DNA from: Candidatus Binatia bacterium
GTDB lineage: Bacteria > Desulfobacterota > Binatia > UBA9968 > CAXXLF01
Reading direction: 5' to 3'
Assembly (NCBI GenBank): GCA_963664015.2
Contig: CAXXLF010000002.1
Span: forward strand, 672,001-736,000
Length of the DNA: 64,000 nucleotides
The notes under the pieces are model-generated. The model did not search any database and was not told the DNA's origin. It worked only from the letters and a program-made list of their open reading frames with translations. The position numbers and the translations under genes are program-made. The stretch's first letter is position 1. The number at the start of each line of letters is the position of its first letter. Shown piece by piece: positions 1 through 10,822 of the stretch.

Positions 1-1
1 C

Positions 2-1456
2 TGGCCCACCTTTGGTTTTTTGCTGATTGGTGTCGTGGTCGGCCTGATCTTTGGGGCCATTCCCGGCATTGGCGGGATTACGGCCTTTATCATTCTGTTC
101 CCGCTCCTGCTCAACCTCGGTACAGACGCGGCCTTGTCCCTGATCATCGGCCTATTTGCCGTAACGACCACGAGCGATACCGTCTCGTCGGTTCTCCTCG
201 GTGTACCGGGAACTGCCGGATCTCAAGCGACGATCCTCGACGGCCACGCCATGGCCAAAAAAGGCGAGTCCGCCCGTGCCCTGGGAGCAGCCTACACGGC
301 ATCCGCTATCGGCGGGGTCTTTGGCGCCCTCGTCCTGGCGGTGGGTCTTCAGATCCTACGCCCCCTGGTCTTGCTCCTGCAGTCGCCCGAGTTCTTTGCC
401 CTGGGACTTTGGGGTATCACCATGGTGTCGGTACTCAGCGGGAACACCCCGCTGAGGGGCATTTCCATGGCGATCATAGGCATGATGGTCGCTACTATCG
501 GGATCGAGATGACCATCGGCATCGAACGCTATACCTTCGATCAAATGTATCTGCTAGAGGGCATCCCGCCGGGCCTGGTGGCCCTAGGGCTCTTTGGTAT
601 TCCCGAGCTCATGTCTCTCGCCATCGGTAGAACCAGCATCTCGCGTACAGCAACCTCCCCCGATCTGTTTCGAAGCCAGCTTCAGGGTGTCAAGGACGTG
701 CTAAAGAACTGGACCCTAGTCCTCCGGTGTTCAGCATTGGGAGTCCTGGTAGGATTTATCCCAGGTTTGGGTTCCAGTGTTGTGGATTGGCTCGCCTATG
801 GTCACGCGCTCCAAACCTCGCCTAACCGGGAAGCCTTCGGCAAGGGCGACGTGCGCGGGGTCATCGCTCCCGAGAGCGCGAACAACGCCAAAGACGGGGG
901 TTCTTTGATCCCGACCATCGCCTTCGGTATCCCGGGAAGTCTCTCCATGGTCTTGCTGCTGTCCGTCCTGGTCTCTCTCGGTATCACGCCAGGTCGGGAT
1001 ATGATGACAATTCACCTCGCGTTGACCTTCACCATCATTTGGAGCCTTGTCCTAGCCAACCTCTTCGGTACCGGGATCTGTTTGGCCGCAACTAATCTCC
1101 TGGCACGCATCGTCTTTCTCCCCTATTCGTGGGTCCTTGCTGCGATTATCCCGATAGTATTTTTAGCCGCCTTTTCATGGAATTCTAATGTAGGGGACCT
1201 TTATACTCTAATGGCTTTCAGTGTACTCGGATACTTTATGAAACTTTGGGAATGGCCCCGCCCGCCCTTTATCCTGGGCTTTGTACTGGGACCTCTTTTG
1301 GAAAATCGCTTCTTTATCACCCTGAACCTGTACGGATGGAGCTGGCTATACCGTCCTTATTTTCTCATTATTTTAGCCATGATACTCGCAACCCTGCTAT
1401 ATCCTATGTTTGAGGAACGGCGCCAACGACTCAAAACCGCACGCAACCGTTCGTAA
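2..1456 (+). CDS. tctA: Tripartite tricarboxylate transporter permease TctA (5' truncated by window edge)
   Basis: Hydrophobic ~480 aa protein with TctA motifs GAIPG, LLGVPGT, DGHAMAKKG, GVIAPESANNA, IPTIAFGIPGS. The frame is open to the window start. Confidence 0.92.
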   Translation, partial: WPTFGFLLIGVVVGLIFGAIPGIGGITAFIILFPLLLNLGTDAALSLIIGLFAVTTTSDTVSSVLLGVPGTAGSQATILDGHAMAKKGESARALGAAYTASAIGGVFGALVLAVGLQILRPLVLLLQSPEFFALGLWGITMVSVLSGNTPLRGISMAIIGMMVATIGIEMTIGIERYTFDQMYLLEGIPPGLVALGLFGIPELMSLAIGRTSISRTATSPDLFRSQLQGVKDVLKNWTLVLRCSALGVLVGFIPGLGSSVVDWLAYGHALQTSPNREAFGKGDVRGVIAPESANNAKDGGSLIPTIAFGIPGSLSMVLLLSVLVSLGITPGRDMMTIHLALTFTIIWSLVLANLFGTGICLAATNLLARIVFLPYSWVLAAIIPIVFLAAFSWNSNVGDLYTLMAFSVLGYFMKLWEWPRPPFILGFVLGPLLENRFFITLNLYGWSWLYRPYFLIILAMILATLLYPMFEERRQRLKTARNRS

Positions 1457-1469
1457 TCGAAATAGCTCC

Positions 1470-1958
1470 ATGAAACTGCCGTTACTGTTCCCCGCTACTT
1501 TGGTTTCCGTACTGCTCTTTATGGGCTGGCAGGCTCAGGCGTGGAATTTTTCCGCTAGGCTCTTTCCAATGACCCTCGTAGGGGTCGGCGTGTTGCTGCT
1601 GTCATTTCACATAGCCCGCGAGCTGTGGCGATCTTTCTTTTCGACACAACCCCAGTCAGGCGGACAATCCATGGATATCGGTATGGGGGAAGGCGAAGAT
1701 CCTTCTGTCGTGCGCTGGCGCAGCATGGAGATCTGGGCCTGGCTCGTGGGGTTTTTTATCGCCATCCTCTCCATTGGCATGTTAATCTCGATTCCGCTCT
1801 TTTCTTTCCTGTACCTGAAATTCCACGCTCGCGAGGCTTGGTGGATCTCCATCCTCATCCCGGTGCTGGTCACCAGCTTCATGTATGGGCTTTTCGAGTT
1901 GATTCTTCACACAGCGTGGATAGAAGGGTGGCTCTGGGAACTACTCTGGACCGAATAG
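1470..1958 (+). CDS. tctB: Tripartite tricarboxylate transporter TctB-family small membrane protein
   Basis: Multi-TM protein with the 'SARLFP' and 'MYGLFELIL' patterns, directly after tctA. ATG at 1470 preferred. Confidence 0.8.
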   Translation: MKLPLLFPATLVSVLLFMGWQAQAWNFSARLFPMTLVGVGVLLLSFHIARELWRSFFSTQPQSGGQSMDIGMGEGEDPSVVRWRSMEIWAWLVGFFIAILSIGMLISIPLFSFLYLKFHAREAWWISILIPVLVTSFMYGLFELILHTAWIEGWLWELLWTE

Positions 1959-2010
1959 GTTTTGGCACTCATCATCGCTTCGGCTTTTTTATTCCCCAAT
2001 CATTAGACGA

Positions 2011-2697
2011 TTAGCGCAATTCCTCCTTCACCTCGGCCAGGTGCATAACGTCGGCGTACTTGTGGTGCAGATCAAATAGATTGACCTTATGGGACAAAAG
2101 ACTTCGATCAAAGCAGCTTTCCTCAACCAGGGTCGTATGATAACCGTAAGAATATGCGTCGACCGCGCTGGCTCGCACACAGCCGCTGGTAGTCTCCCCA
2201 CAGACAATTAACGAACCGATTCCCATACGGGTCAGATGGGCGATCAAGGGTGTGCCGAAAAAGGCGCTGGCCCTTTCTTTGAAGACGATCAGGTCACCGC
2301 TTTGGGGTTTGAAATCCTTGTAGATTTCATATGCCTCAGGGTCAATCTTCCGGATGTTCCGCGCAGTAGCGTGGACCGTTCCCGGCTTCGCCTCTTTACG
2401 TGTCTCGGTGGTCGTATAGATGATAGGAATTTTTTTAGACCGTGCCAGGCCAAGCAGTTCCTGAATGGGCTCGATCGCCTCATAGGCGTAGATGCCGCAT
2501 GAACTCTGCTGCTCTTTCACCGCCTCGTGGACCGGCCGCGCCCCACCCTGATAGACCAGATTGTATAGATCGATTGCTAGGAGGGCAGGTCTTTCGCCTA
2601 CGTAGGTTTTCCTGCGGTAAGGTTCATAAACCTTAAGGACCTCTTCCGAAACCAGGTCTTTCCAACAGTGATCTTCGAATGGCTCCATAACGATCAT
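2011..2697 (-). CDS. Isochorismatase-family cysteine hydrolase (maleamate amidohydrolase/N-carbamoylsarcosine amidase-like)
   Basis: ALLAID, KERASAFFGT and GETTSGCVRASAVDA give the Asp-Lys-Cys triad. Confidence 0.9.
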   Translation of the reverse strand: MIVMEPFEDHCWKDLVSEEVLKVYEPYRRKTYVGERPALLAIDLYNLVYQGGARPVHEAVKEQQSSCGIYAYEAIEPIQELLGLARSKKIPIIYTTTETRKEAKPGTVHATARNIRKIDPEAYEIYKDFKPQSGDLIVFKERASAFFGTPLIAHLTRMGIGSLIVCGETTSGCVRASAVDAYSYGYHTTLVEESCFDRSLLSHKVNLFDLHHKYADVMHLAEVKEELR

Positions 2698-3017
2698 CCT
2701 CCACGGAGTTTATAATGAAGCCATCTATAGCCTTTACCATCAACGGCAGGCAAGTCGAATATCATCACCCCCCACGACGACTAGACAGCGGACATAACGA
2801 ACTGTGTAAAGTCTTAATCGAAGAGTGTTAACTGGGCAAAAAACACCACTAGTGGATTCATAAAACTCAACCCTCACCACAGACCGATCGCTTCGCCCTA
2901 GGGCGGTCGGGCTGGGGTCTCAGTCAAATCATTCTTTGACATGGCGCCGGCCCGTTTGCTACGCATTGCCGCTACAATCTTCTTAGGTAGAAAATTACAG
3001 TATGAGGGGAATAGTTT

Positions 3018-4039
3018 ATGAAACAGACACTTAGCGCAGCAATAGGCTTGTTTTTTCTAGCGATTACACAGGTCGGCTCGAGCCAGGACATGGATCTGTC
3101 CAAGGCCAGGGCCTATTTTAAAGGTAAAACTATCACCGGATGATCGGTTCGACACCGGGAGGCTCCGTGGACGGGTATTCCAGGCTCGTAGGCCCCTATT
3201 TCGCAAAGCACGTGGGAGCCAAGGTCATACTCCAGAATCGCCCGGGAGGGGGCAGCGTCGCGGCGTTTAACTACGTATACTCCAAGGCGAAGCCAAATGG
3301 GTTGAGTTTAGCCTTTCCTATCGGCTCGACTCAGGTGCTTAGCAAGATCACCGGTCGAGCAGGCGTGAATTACAAGGTGGAGGATATGTCCTGGATCGGT
3401 GTGGTCGCCCCGACCAGCAATACCTTAACGGCGTACAAAAAGAGATTCAAAACCATTGAAGATGTTAAACGGGCCGGCAGGGTTCGTTGGGGTCTTACCC
3501 GCCCGGGCGGCAACAGCCACTTCATCGGTATCACCCTATCAAAGGTGCTCGGCATCGATGTGCAGTTCGTTCCCGGATACTCAGAAAGTTCCTCAGTTCG
3601 CCAGGCCCTGTTGAGCGGAGAGGTTGACGTGGCAGCCTATCCTGCAACCCTATTCCTATCAGGTACTAAAGAGGGACTGGTTATGCCATTGATCACCATG
3701 GGAGACAATCGACACCCCGCAGCGCCGGATACTCCCACACTGCAAGAAGTCATCAAAAAAATCCCCAGCCCCTTCGATACCTGGATCGAGATCGCACGGG
3801 TGGGCTGGTTTCTGGTGAGTTCCCCAGGGCTATCCGAGGATAGACGGCAATTTCTAAGCCTGGCCTTGAAAAAAGCCGTACATGACCCCGAGATGCTCAA
3901 GAAGGCACAAAAACACCAATTCCTGATCGGATATCTCGAACCTGGGAAGGCCAAGGAAATTGCCAGGAAGATGCTGGAGATGCCGGCATCGGAAAAGAAG
4001 GAGCTCCGGCAGTTACTGAAGCTCCAGGGCAAACCTTAG
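3018..4039 (+). pseudogene. TctC/Bug-family tripartite tricarboxylate transporter substrate-binding protein, frameshifted near 3138
   Basis: RBS GAGGGG plus ATG 3018 encodes a signal peptide and YFKGKTIT, then TGA at 3141. The body (IGSTPGG..D, NRPGGG, PNGLSL) continues in another frame from 3140. Confidence 0.8.
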
Positions 4040-4057
4040 CAGCGCGAGGAATCAAGT

Positions 4058-4096
4058 TATATCGACCACGGGGTTTGAATCCCCGTGGTCGATATA
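4058..4096. repeat. 16-bp perfect inverted repeat (REP-like hairpin or bidirectional terminator) between convergent genes
   Basis: TATATCGACCACGGGG-tttgaat-CCCCGTGGTCGATATA. Confidence 0.75.
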
Positions 4097-4186
4097 TATT
4101 AGCAAAGGGGAAAGTTGCCGCTTCTCCCCTTTGTAAACCCCTAGACTTTGTGCCCGCCTCAAGATGCGGGGTTGACCTCGCATCTA

Positions 4187-5032
4187 CTATTTTTTCTTGC
4201 CGGCGACGGGGATCTCGAGCCTGCCGATGCCATCGATCTCCGCGACCATCCGGTCGCCGGGGTGGATCTCACCCACGCCCGGGGGCGAACCCGTAGAGAT
4301 CAGGTCCCCAGGATTAAGCGTCATCACGTTGGAAGCGTAAGCAATAATAGCGGGTATCTTCACCAGCATATCGCCGGTATTAGCATCCTGCCTCAGATCT
4401 CCGTTGACCCACAGCTTTACGCTCAACCCGTGGGGGTCTTTGATCTCGTCGGCGGTCACCATACACGGCCCCAAGGGAGTAAAGCCGTCGTATGATTTAC
4501 GTCTCGACCGGTCCCCCTTTCCCCGGAGGGTCACATCGATAGCGATGGTGTATCCGAGGACATGATCCATCGCTTCCGATTCGGGAATGTTCTTGCCGCC
4601 CTTCCCTATGACAACAGCCAGTTCGGACTCGTGGTGAATCTCCCCAGTGACATCCGGCAGGCTGAGGGTATCTCCCGGACCGATAATGGAGCTCGGCGCC
4701 TTGAGAAAGACATCGAAGTCAAGCAACCAACTATCAGGCGCCCCCCGATCCCTCATCTCGTCAACATGGCTTCCATAATTTGATGCTGCTGCGAGAACCT
4801 TGGTGGGATTCAGGACGGGGGAACGAAGTCGAACCCTGTCAAGAGGTCGGGACTCCCCTTTTTGAACTGCGGCATCGATCTTGGGTCTGACTTTTTCGAA
4901 GTTACTGCATAGCCGCGCCCAGAAGTTTGCCGCATATCCATTCTGATGCTGGGGCACGACGCTCGTCACATCACAAAAACCTTGCTCCGTTAACACTCCC
5001 ACACGGTTGTCGTCAAATAGTACAATTTTCAT
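4187..5032 (-). CDS. Fumarylacetoacetate hydrolase family protein
   Basis: FLKAPSSIIGP, HHESELAVVIG, YTIAIDVTLR, RKSYDGFTPLGP, LNPGDLISTGSP. Confidence 0.93.
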   Translation of the reverse strand: MKIVLFDDNRVGVLTEQGFCDVTSVVPQHQNGYAANFWARLCSNFEKVRPKIDAAVQKGESRPLDRVRLRSPVLNPTKVLAAASNYGSHVDEMRDRGAPDSWLLDFDVFLKAPSSIIGPGDTLSLPDVTGEIHHESELAVVIGKGGKNIPESEAMDHVLGYTIAIDVTLRGKGDRSRRKSYDGFTPLGPCMVTADEIKDPHGLSVKLWVNGDLRQDANTGDMLVKIPAIIAYASNVMTLNPGDLISTGSPPGVGEIHPGDRMVAEIDGIGRLEIPVAGKKK

Positions 5033-5153
5033 AACGGATCGGACTCTACCAAGGGGAATGTCCAATATCAAGGCAGCAAAAGATCTATCACTTGCAGTGG
5101 ACCGGAAACATCTGAAGGCCTAAATTATGGCTCGAAATCCACAGGGAAGCCCG

Positions 5154-6110
5154 TCAATTCCCCAGGAGGATTTTCATCGTGCCGGGACGGACGGCGTGGT
5201 GTATGGCTTCCGGTCCGTCGCCGAGGGGATATGTCTTCTCGATCATCGGCTTAACCGTAACATCCTTTTTCACCAGGGCCGCTAGGGCCGGAGCGAATGG
5301 ACCGCAGCGTGAGCCCACTACCGTGACCTCATTGATCACCAAGGGAGCGAGGGAGAGGCTATGGGATTCAGCCACGGTACTTTTGAGTACCAGGGTCCCG
5401 CGTGGTCGGACCGCCTCCATGGCCATTTTCATACCTGGAAGGGAACCCGTGGCCTCGACGACGACATCCATCAAACTCAGGCGCCAGTCGGGTAATAAAA
5501 TCCCTTGAAGGCCCAACCCTTTGATGAACGAGAGCTTCTTTTCATGTCTGCCGACCACAGTGACCTGAGCGCCCGTAAGCCTCAAAACTTGTGCGCATAG
5601 AAGCCCAAGCTTTCCGTCCCCCAAGACCAGGACCTTGTCGTTAGAATTAACATGAACCTGTTCCAGGATCTCAAAGGCCGCCGCCAGAGGTTCGACAAAG
5701 ACCGCCTCTTCGTCACTCAGGTTATCGGATACCGGATGTAAGTTCACCGCCGGGACCGCCACATATTCGGCGAAGCAGCCGTCGGCTCTCAAAATGCCCA
5801 TGACGCTGCGCTCAGGGCAATGGCGCCCCAACCCTTGCATGCAAAATGCGCACCCGCCGCAGGTGAAATTGATCTCCCCAACCACACGCTTACCTAGCGT
5901 TTCCTTCGGCCCCTCTTTCACCTCACCGATAAACTCATGCCCAGGGACGCCATGAAATCCCATATAGCCTTTTAAGATTTGGAGGTCGGTTGAACAGATC
6001 CCGGCCAGCCGCACCTTTACCAGAGCCGTCCGGTTATCGGCATCCGGCGTGGGGTAAGAGCGATTCAATTTCAAATCCCGACCGTCCCAAAACAGAGCGT
6101 GCATCCGCAA
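5154..6110 (-). CDS. Zinc-dependent alcohol dehydrogenase (MDR family)
   Basis: GICSTD, GHE, CGGCAFC..HC structural Zn site, VEPLAAA, GDGKLG. Confidence 0.92.
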   Translation of the reverse strand: MRMHALFWDGRDLKLNRSYPTPDADNRTALVKVRLAGICSTDLQILKGYMGFHGVPGHEFIGEVKEGPKETLGKRVVGEINFTCGGCAFCMQGLGRHCPERSVMGILRADGCFAEYVAVPAVNLHPVSDNLSDEEAVFVEPLAAAFEILEQVHVNSNDKVLVLGDGKLGLLCAQVLRLTGAQVTVVGRHEKKLSFIKGLGLQGILLPDWRLSLMDVVVEATGSLPGMKMAMEAVRPRGTLVLKSTVAESHSLSLAPLVINEVTVVGSRCGPFAPALAALVKKDVTVKPMIEKTYPLGDGPEAIHHAVRPGTMKILLGN

Positions 6111-6218
6111 CTCCTCGTCAAAGACTGTGCTTACAACCGTAGGTCCATCGGGCTCTTTACCGGGATTTCTTTTTGGCGCCGAACGTCGATCGACACGCTA
6201 GGAAGCGAACCGGTTAAA

Positions 6219-7190
6219 TCAGATCAGGCGTCGTTTTTCGCTCTTGACCCATTTGACAATGGCGGCAATACCGCTGTCGAGGTCAAGGGCAGGAGCAAAT
6301 TCTAGTTCTTCACGGGCCAGCGTGATATCCAGAAGATGACTGTGAGGCAATTGGTCGATGGTCTTGGAGACGGGCGGCTTTTCGATCGCATAGGAGATCT
6401 CGGGCAGGTGCTTCCGCATAGCGCGTTTTAGATTGGCCTCGAAATAGCCCTTGCCACAGCCAATGTTGTAAGCCCAACTCAATGGCCGATTGGAAAAACA
6501 TGCCAGATGGAGAGCCTGAACCGCGTCCTTCACGAATATGGGATCGTCTGGAATTCGAGCAGGCCGTAAACGGCACTCTCGACCGAGGCCCCCCTCTTTG
6601 ATAGCCGCTCCCATACCGGACCGTTGTCCCGGGCTGAAAATCGAAGAGAATCTTAGTCAAATAAACTTGACTCCGTGATTGTGGGCATAAAACTTTCCAA
6701 GGAACTCGCCAACAATCCTACCGGTGCGGTGGAGATTGACCGGATAGATGCCCACTGGATCATCTTCCTTGACCAGACTCCGCTCTCTCTTCTTACTCAT
6801 CCCGTAAATAGCCCCGGAACTTGCAAAAACAACCCTCTGAACTTCCAGGTCCTTGGCCGTCTGAAGGATATTGCGTACCCCCTGAACACAGGTGTCAAAC
6901 GTCTCAGACGTTTCCTCACCGGTGGTCCTGGGCCGCATGAACGATATGCGTTACGTTCCTCTTCTTGCACAGCCGGCTGAGGCTCATGGAATCGGTCACA
7001 TCGAGTTTCGTGCTCGAGACCTTGATTGGAAGCAGTGACAGGTCGCGGGAGGAAGGGTGGATATCAATGGGGATCAACCGGTGCCTGACCTGTCGTCCTC
7101 AAGCCGAACCTGCAGCGGGACTCCCCCACGGCGGCGCCGTCCTATTAAATCCGTCAATTCCAATAACTGAACACGCCGCACCAAACCGCC
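6219..7190 (-). pseudogene. Degraded NAD-dependent epimerase/dehydratase (extended SDR)
   Basis: Fragments in different frames: LDVTD..VTHIVHAA (~7000), RVVFASSGAIYG (6657-6938), FVKDAVQA..YNIGCG..LDITLAREEL (6219-6614). The 5' boundary is approximate. Confidence 0.7.
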
Positions 7191-7566
7191 ACTAGAATAC
7201 CCTGATTCCCCCTTTCAGGGGAAGAAAAAAACAATTGACCGTGCCTCTCAAGACATCAGGCAAATAGCAAGCAGATCGCCGTTTCAAGCATGCGTAAAAA
7301 AGCTGATACCAACACGCGAGAGTTGGCAGCCAGCTCTATACTGTTCCTATTGATTAACAGCCTATCTTTCCTGCCTTTCGATTTTTCTTAGTTGACGGCT
7401 GATCGTTAATTAGCGCTATGCGCTTTACTGCTGATCTCAGCTCTCAACACCCAGTCCTGATTAGCTGATAGCTATGTGTAAAAGGTCGACTGACGCCTAT
7501 TCCAGCGCCTGGACATTACCTCCTTGCTTATGTATAAGCGGGTGGATACTCGTCAGGGGGGGCGGC

Positions 7567-8286
7567 ATGGATCGGTTAACGAAGGAATTCAAGGAACAGC
7601 TCCTCAGCCTCATTGCTTCCTTTGGTAAGAAGCCGGACCTCCGGGTGCTTTGTGAGGAAAAGGGTCTGACCCGCGAGGGTGGCAAACGCCTGATTTTGGA
7701 GAGAAACGGGTTCAACCGGAGCTGGCCCCGCTGGCTCGGCGGGGTAGTTTCCAATTGCCCTCATAAAGAAGTCAATCTATACCTCATCTCTAACATGTAC
7801 GAAGAGGGGGTGATCGACCCAAGGGTCGGAACGGACCATAACGAACTCCACATGCGACTGGGCGAAGCACTCAGTCTCACACGCAAGCAGATCAATGATT
7901 ACGAGGCCAGCCCTACAACGGTAGCGGCAACGAGCTATTGGGAAAATGTGTACCGCACCAGGCCTTGGCTTGAAGAATTTACGGCTTTGGTGTGTCTCGA
8001 AATACGGACCAGCAAGAGGGCCATGGGGCCCCACTTTCAACCTAAACGAGTGAGATCAAGCGAAGCCTGGGCAAAATTAGGAATTGAAGTAGGGGCCTTA
8101 AAAACATCCACCAACCACGAGGCCGCCGACGAAGACCACGGCGGCGAGGCCCTTACCCTCCTTTCAAAATACGCAGATACGGAAGAGAAACAGAGAATCG
8201 TCCTTCGTATGACCCGGGAGAGTCTAACCGTCGAGCGCATGTTTAAAGACAACATAGGAAGAATGATGATGGCATGCGGAGAATGA
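7567..8286 (+). CDS. Heme-oxygenase-like diiron oxidase (CADD/PqqC/TenA-like iron-containing redox enzyme)
   Basis: NMYEE..DHNEL, CLE and HEAADEDHG match the E-H-E-H-D-H ligand set of CADD-type proteins. Confidence 0.75.
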   Translation: MDRLTKEFKEQLLSLIASFGKKPDLRVLCEEKGLTREGGKRLILERNGFNRSWPRWLGGVVSNCPHKEVNLYLISNMYEEGVIDPRVGTDHNELHMRLGEALSLTRKQINDYEASPTTVAATSYWENVYRTRPWLEEFTALVCLEIRTSKRAMGPHFQPKRVRSSEAWAKLGIEVGALKTSTNHEAADEDHGGEALTLLSKYADTEEKQRIVLRMTRESLTVERMFKDNIGRMMMACGE

Positions 8287-8421
8287 ACCCCTACCCTTTC
8301 ATCTGCCAGTGGACCCTGAATTACTGTCACGAACGTAAGCATAATCCCAATTCGCAGCCTTGTTATGGGCTGTACCAAGAGGAGGCCACCCGGAACGGGT
8401 AGACCACGGGCGAGATAAGAT

Positions 8422-10113
8422 ATGCCACCACAAAAACCAAACATCGCCATATTCTCAGGTGCGACGGCCACCATCCAAAACAGTCCCCCATTGGTTACGA
8501 GCAACAAGGCCCGTGAGCAGTACGGCCTTGCCTTTCGCACGAACGGCGATGGGAGTCCACTCCGCTTCGATACGCTGCGTTCCCAGCGGCTCGCCGCCCC
8601 GGTTACCGTGTATATCGAACAGTTCAGTGCCCACCCCCTGGAGCGGGACTCGGCTGAACTCTACGCCCCACCGGATGGCTACATCGACAGCGCAGGAGAA
8701 TTTCACGAGCAACGACAAAGCCCAGATGACACCCCGGTTTATAAGGTGACTTTGAACCCGGAAGACGGGCTCTACCCATTACCCTTCATGGGCCGCCAGG
8801 CCAATGGCCAACCCTGGGAAGGGGACGGCACAGGGCCGCAGGCACCGGAGGCCCAATGCCGCATCCCCTACTATCCCGACGCCTCGCGCATTGTTGAGGA
8901 AATCGACCGCTTGGGAATCGGGGAGTCCGGCTTTGGCGGCATCCTTTCATCCATGGCAAATTTTCACTTTTACAGGCCGGCACCATCAGGAGGCTACAGA
9001 AAGGGTCTGCCACAAGCACAGCGAACGGATATGGGAGCGGGAGATATCCAGCCGGAGATTCTAGGCAAGGATTTTTTTATTTACCGACCCGGTCATCTAC
9101 GATGCTCACCGACCATGGATACCCTCGCCCGAGTCACAAATGTGGTGCAGGACGCCATGGGGTCTGGGCAGTATGAGGGAGGCGTCTGGCTCGAGGGCAG
9201 CCCCAACGTGGAAGAGAGCTGCTACTGGCTCAATCTTTTGATCGATACCCGGGTGCCCATCGCGGGCAACGCGTCACAGCGACCTCACGGGCAGGTGGGA
9301 AACGACGGCGACCGCAATATCATCGATTCTGTGGATTACATCGTTTCCCGTGTCTGGACGGATCCGTCCGGGCAAGATGAAATCGGGGCGGTCGTCATCA
9401 TGGACCAGCAGATTTTTACTTCCCGCGAGGTCCAGAAGGCCGATGCACGTCCAGGGGGGTATACCGCCACCGGCGGACATGGCGGGATCGTCGGAACGGT
9501 TGGCCATGGACCCGCAGCTATCACCTTCAAGCCAGTCAGGCGACACACGCATACCTCGGAGGTTAACCTCAACCGTCTGCCGGACACGGTTCAAGGAGTC
9601 CGCCGAAAGGGTCACACAAATGAGCCCGTGACCCTACGAATCAAAGACGAGCGGGGCCACCTCCTCCCAAGCGCCATTCCCATGGTGACCATCGAGAAGA
9701 GCGCCCGTTATCGAGATGGGGGTTCCGAGAGCTACGAGGTTGGCATTCTCGCCCTGGCCGAGCGGAACCTAAGGGAGGGACTACTGGCAGGCTTCGTTGC
9801 CGAGGGGGCAGCCCCTTACGGTAGTACAGTCAATTCCATATCCGCTGCCCTTAATCGCGCTTCCTTATGCGGCATGCCCGTGGTCAAGGTGGGACGCGGC
9901 AACGCTGAGGGGTTCACGCCAAAGCGACCCAACGAGCTTGCCATTGCCGGCAGCAATCTGACAGCGACCAAGGCGAGGGTGCTACTCATGGCCTGTTTGA
10001 TGAAGCTGGGAAGCCTGCCCCCGGTGGCGGATACGGACCATCCGACCAAGAATGAGATCGACCGGATTCGGGCCAAATTGGCAGAGTATCAACGGATATT
10101 CGATACCCACTGA
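8422..10113 (+). CDS. Asparaginase-domain protein, divergent, with large insertions
   Basis: PIAGNASQRP..DGDRNIIDSV, SREVQK and GSNLTATKARVLLMACL..YQRIFDTH match the asparaginase fold. The canonical TGGT and HGTDT motifs are altered. Confidence 0.7.
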   Translation: MPPQKPNIAIFSGATATIQNSPPLVTSNKAREQYGLAFRTNGDGSPLRFDTLRSQRLAAPVTVYIEQFSAHPLERDSAELYAPPDGYIDSAGEFHEQRQSPDDTPVYKVTLNPEDGLYPLPFMGRQANGQPWEGDGTGPQAPEAQCRIPYYPDASRIVEEIDRLGIGESGFGGILSSMANFHFYRPAPSGGYRKGLPQAQRTDMGAGDIQPEILGKDFFIYRPGHLRCSPTMDTLARVTNVVQDAMGSGQYEGGVWLEGSPNVEESCYWLNLLIDTRVPIAGNASQRPHGQVGNDGDRNIIDSVDYIVSRVWTDPSGQDEIGAVVIMDQQIFTSREVQKADARPGGYTATGGHGGIVGTVGHGPAAITFKPVRRHTHTSEVNLNRLPDTVQGVRRKGHTNEPVTLRIKDERGHLLPSAIPMVTIEKSARYRDGGSESYEVGILALAERNLREGLLAGFVAEGAAPYGSTVNSISAALNRASLCGMPVVKVGRGNAEGFTPKRPNELAIAGSNLTATKARVLLMACLMKLGSLPPVADTDHPTKNEIDRIRAKLAEYQRIFDTH

Positions 10114-10300
10114 TAGAATTAGATTTCGCACCCTCGGCAACACGGCCCCACGGTCTTCGAATCGGGGTTTGGGGACGTTTGCAACGCTGGAGCACACCTG
10201 TCCTGTCGTAGGGAATTTAGAGATTGATGATGCTTTGTGGCTTGGGATGCAGCCCCTTGGGCCGCTTGGGAGCCTCGAAACCCGACGAAGGTTTCAGGCC

Positions 10301-10822
10301 TTAAGCTTCAGCGAGAGGCGCTTTGGCGCCGGGGCTGAACTCGGGCATCTTGACGAGCTGCTCACTTTCGATGTTGAGTTCGGAAGGGGGAGGTACGCGC
10401 AGGTCCTTGGCCAAACGGCGTAGAAAATCCGCCACTGACTCATTGGTCCTGCGTTTCAAATTGAGTAGGGATTCGGCGCCTTCGATGGCACTGCTCCAGT
10501 AGACCCGACCGATGGGGTTTTGTTTCAGTGCCCTCTCGAGGCGATTTTTCAAGACCATTCGTTTCGCCCCTCTTTCCGTTCGATTGCACAACAAGCAGTT
10601 GAGCCAATATACCGCCACGACCACTACAAAACCACTACCGATTGCCGTGTACAGGGCCGCTTCCCGGCGGTCTACGAGTATCAGCCAGTCCTCGAGGCCA
10701 TAAAAGATTGGATAGATTTGAATGCCTACAGCGAGGGATACCAGAAGGGCTCCAGAGAGCAGGTGGGCCTTCTGCTTGGACAGGCTCCTGAGGCGCTCCA
10801 GGCTAAAGCCACCGTACAGCAT
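10301..10822 (-). CDS. Hypothetical membrane protein, possibly the 3' part of a frameshifted gene
   Basis: Two TM segments. An overlapping hydrophobic ORF (10726-10938) lies upstream in another frame. Confidence 0.35.
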   Translation of the reverse strand: MLYGGFSLERLRSLSKQKAHLLSGALLVSLAVGIQIYPIFYGLEDWLILVDRREAALYTAIGSGFVVVVAVYWLNCLLCNRTERGAKRMVLKNRLERALKQNPIGRVYWSSAIEGAESLLNLKRRTNESVADFLRRLAKDLRVPPPSELNIESEQLVKMPEFSPGAKAPLAEA

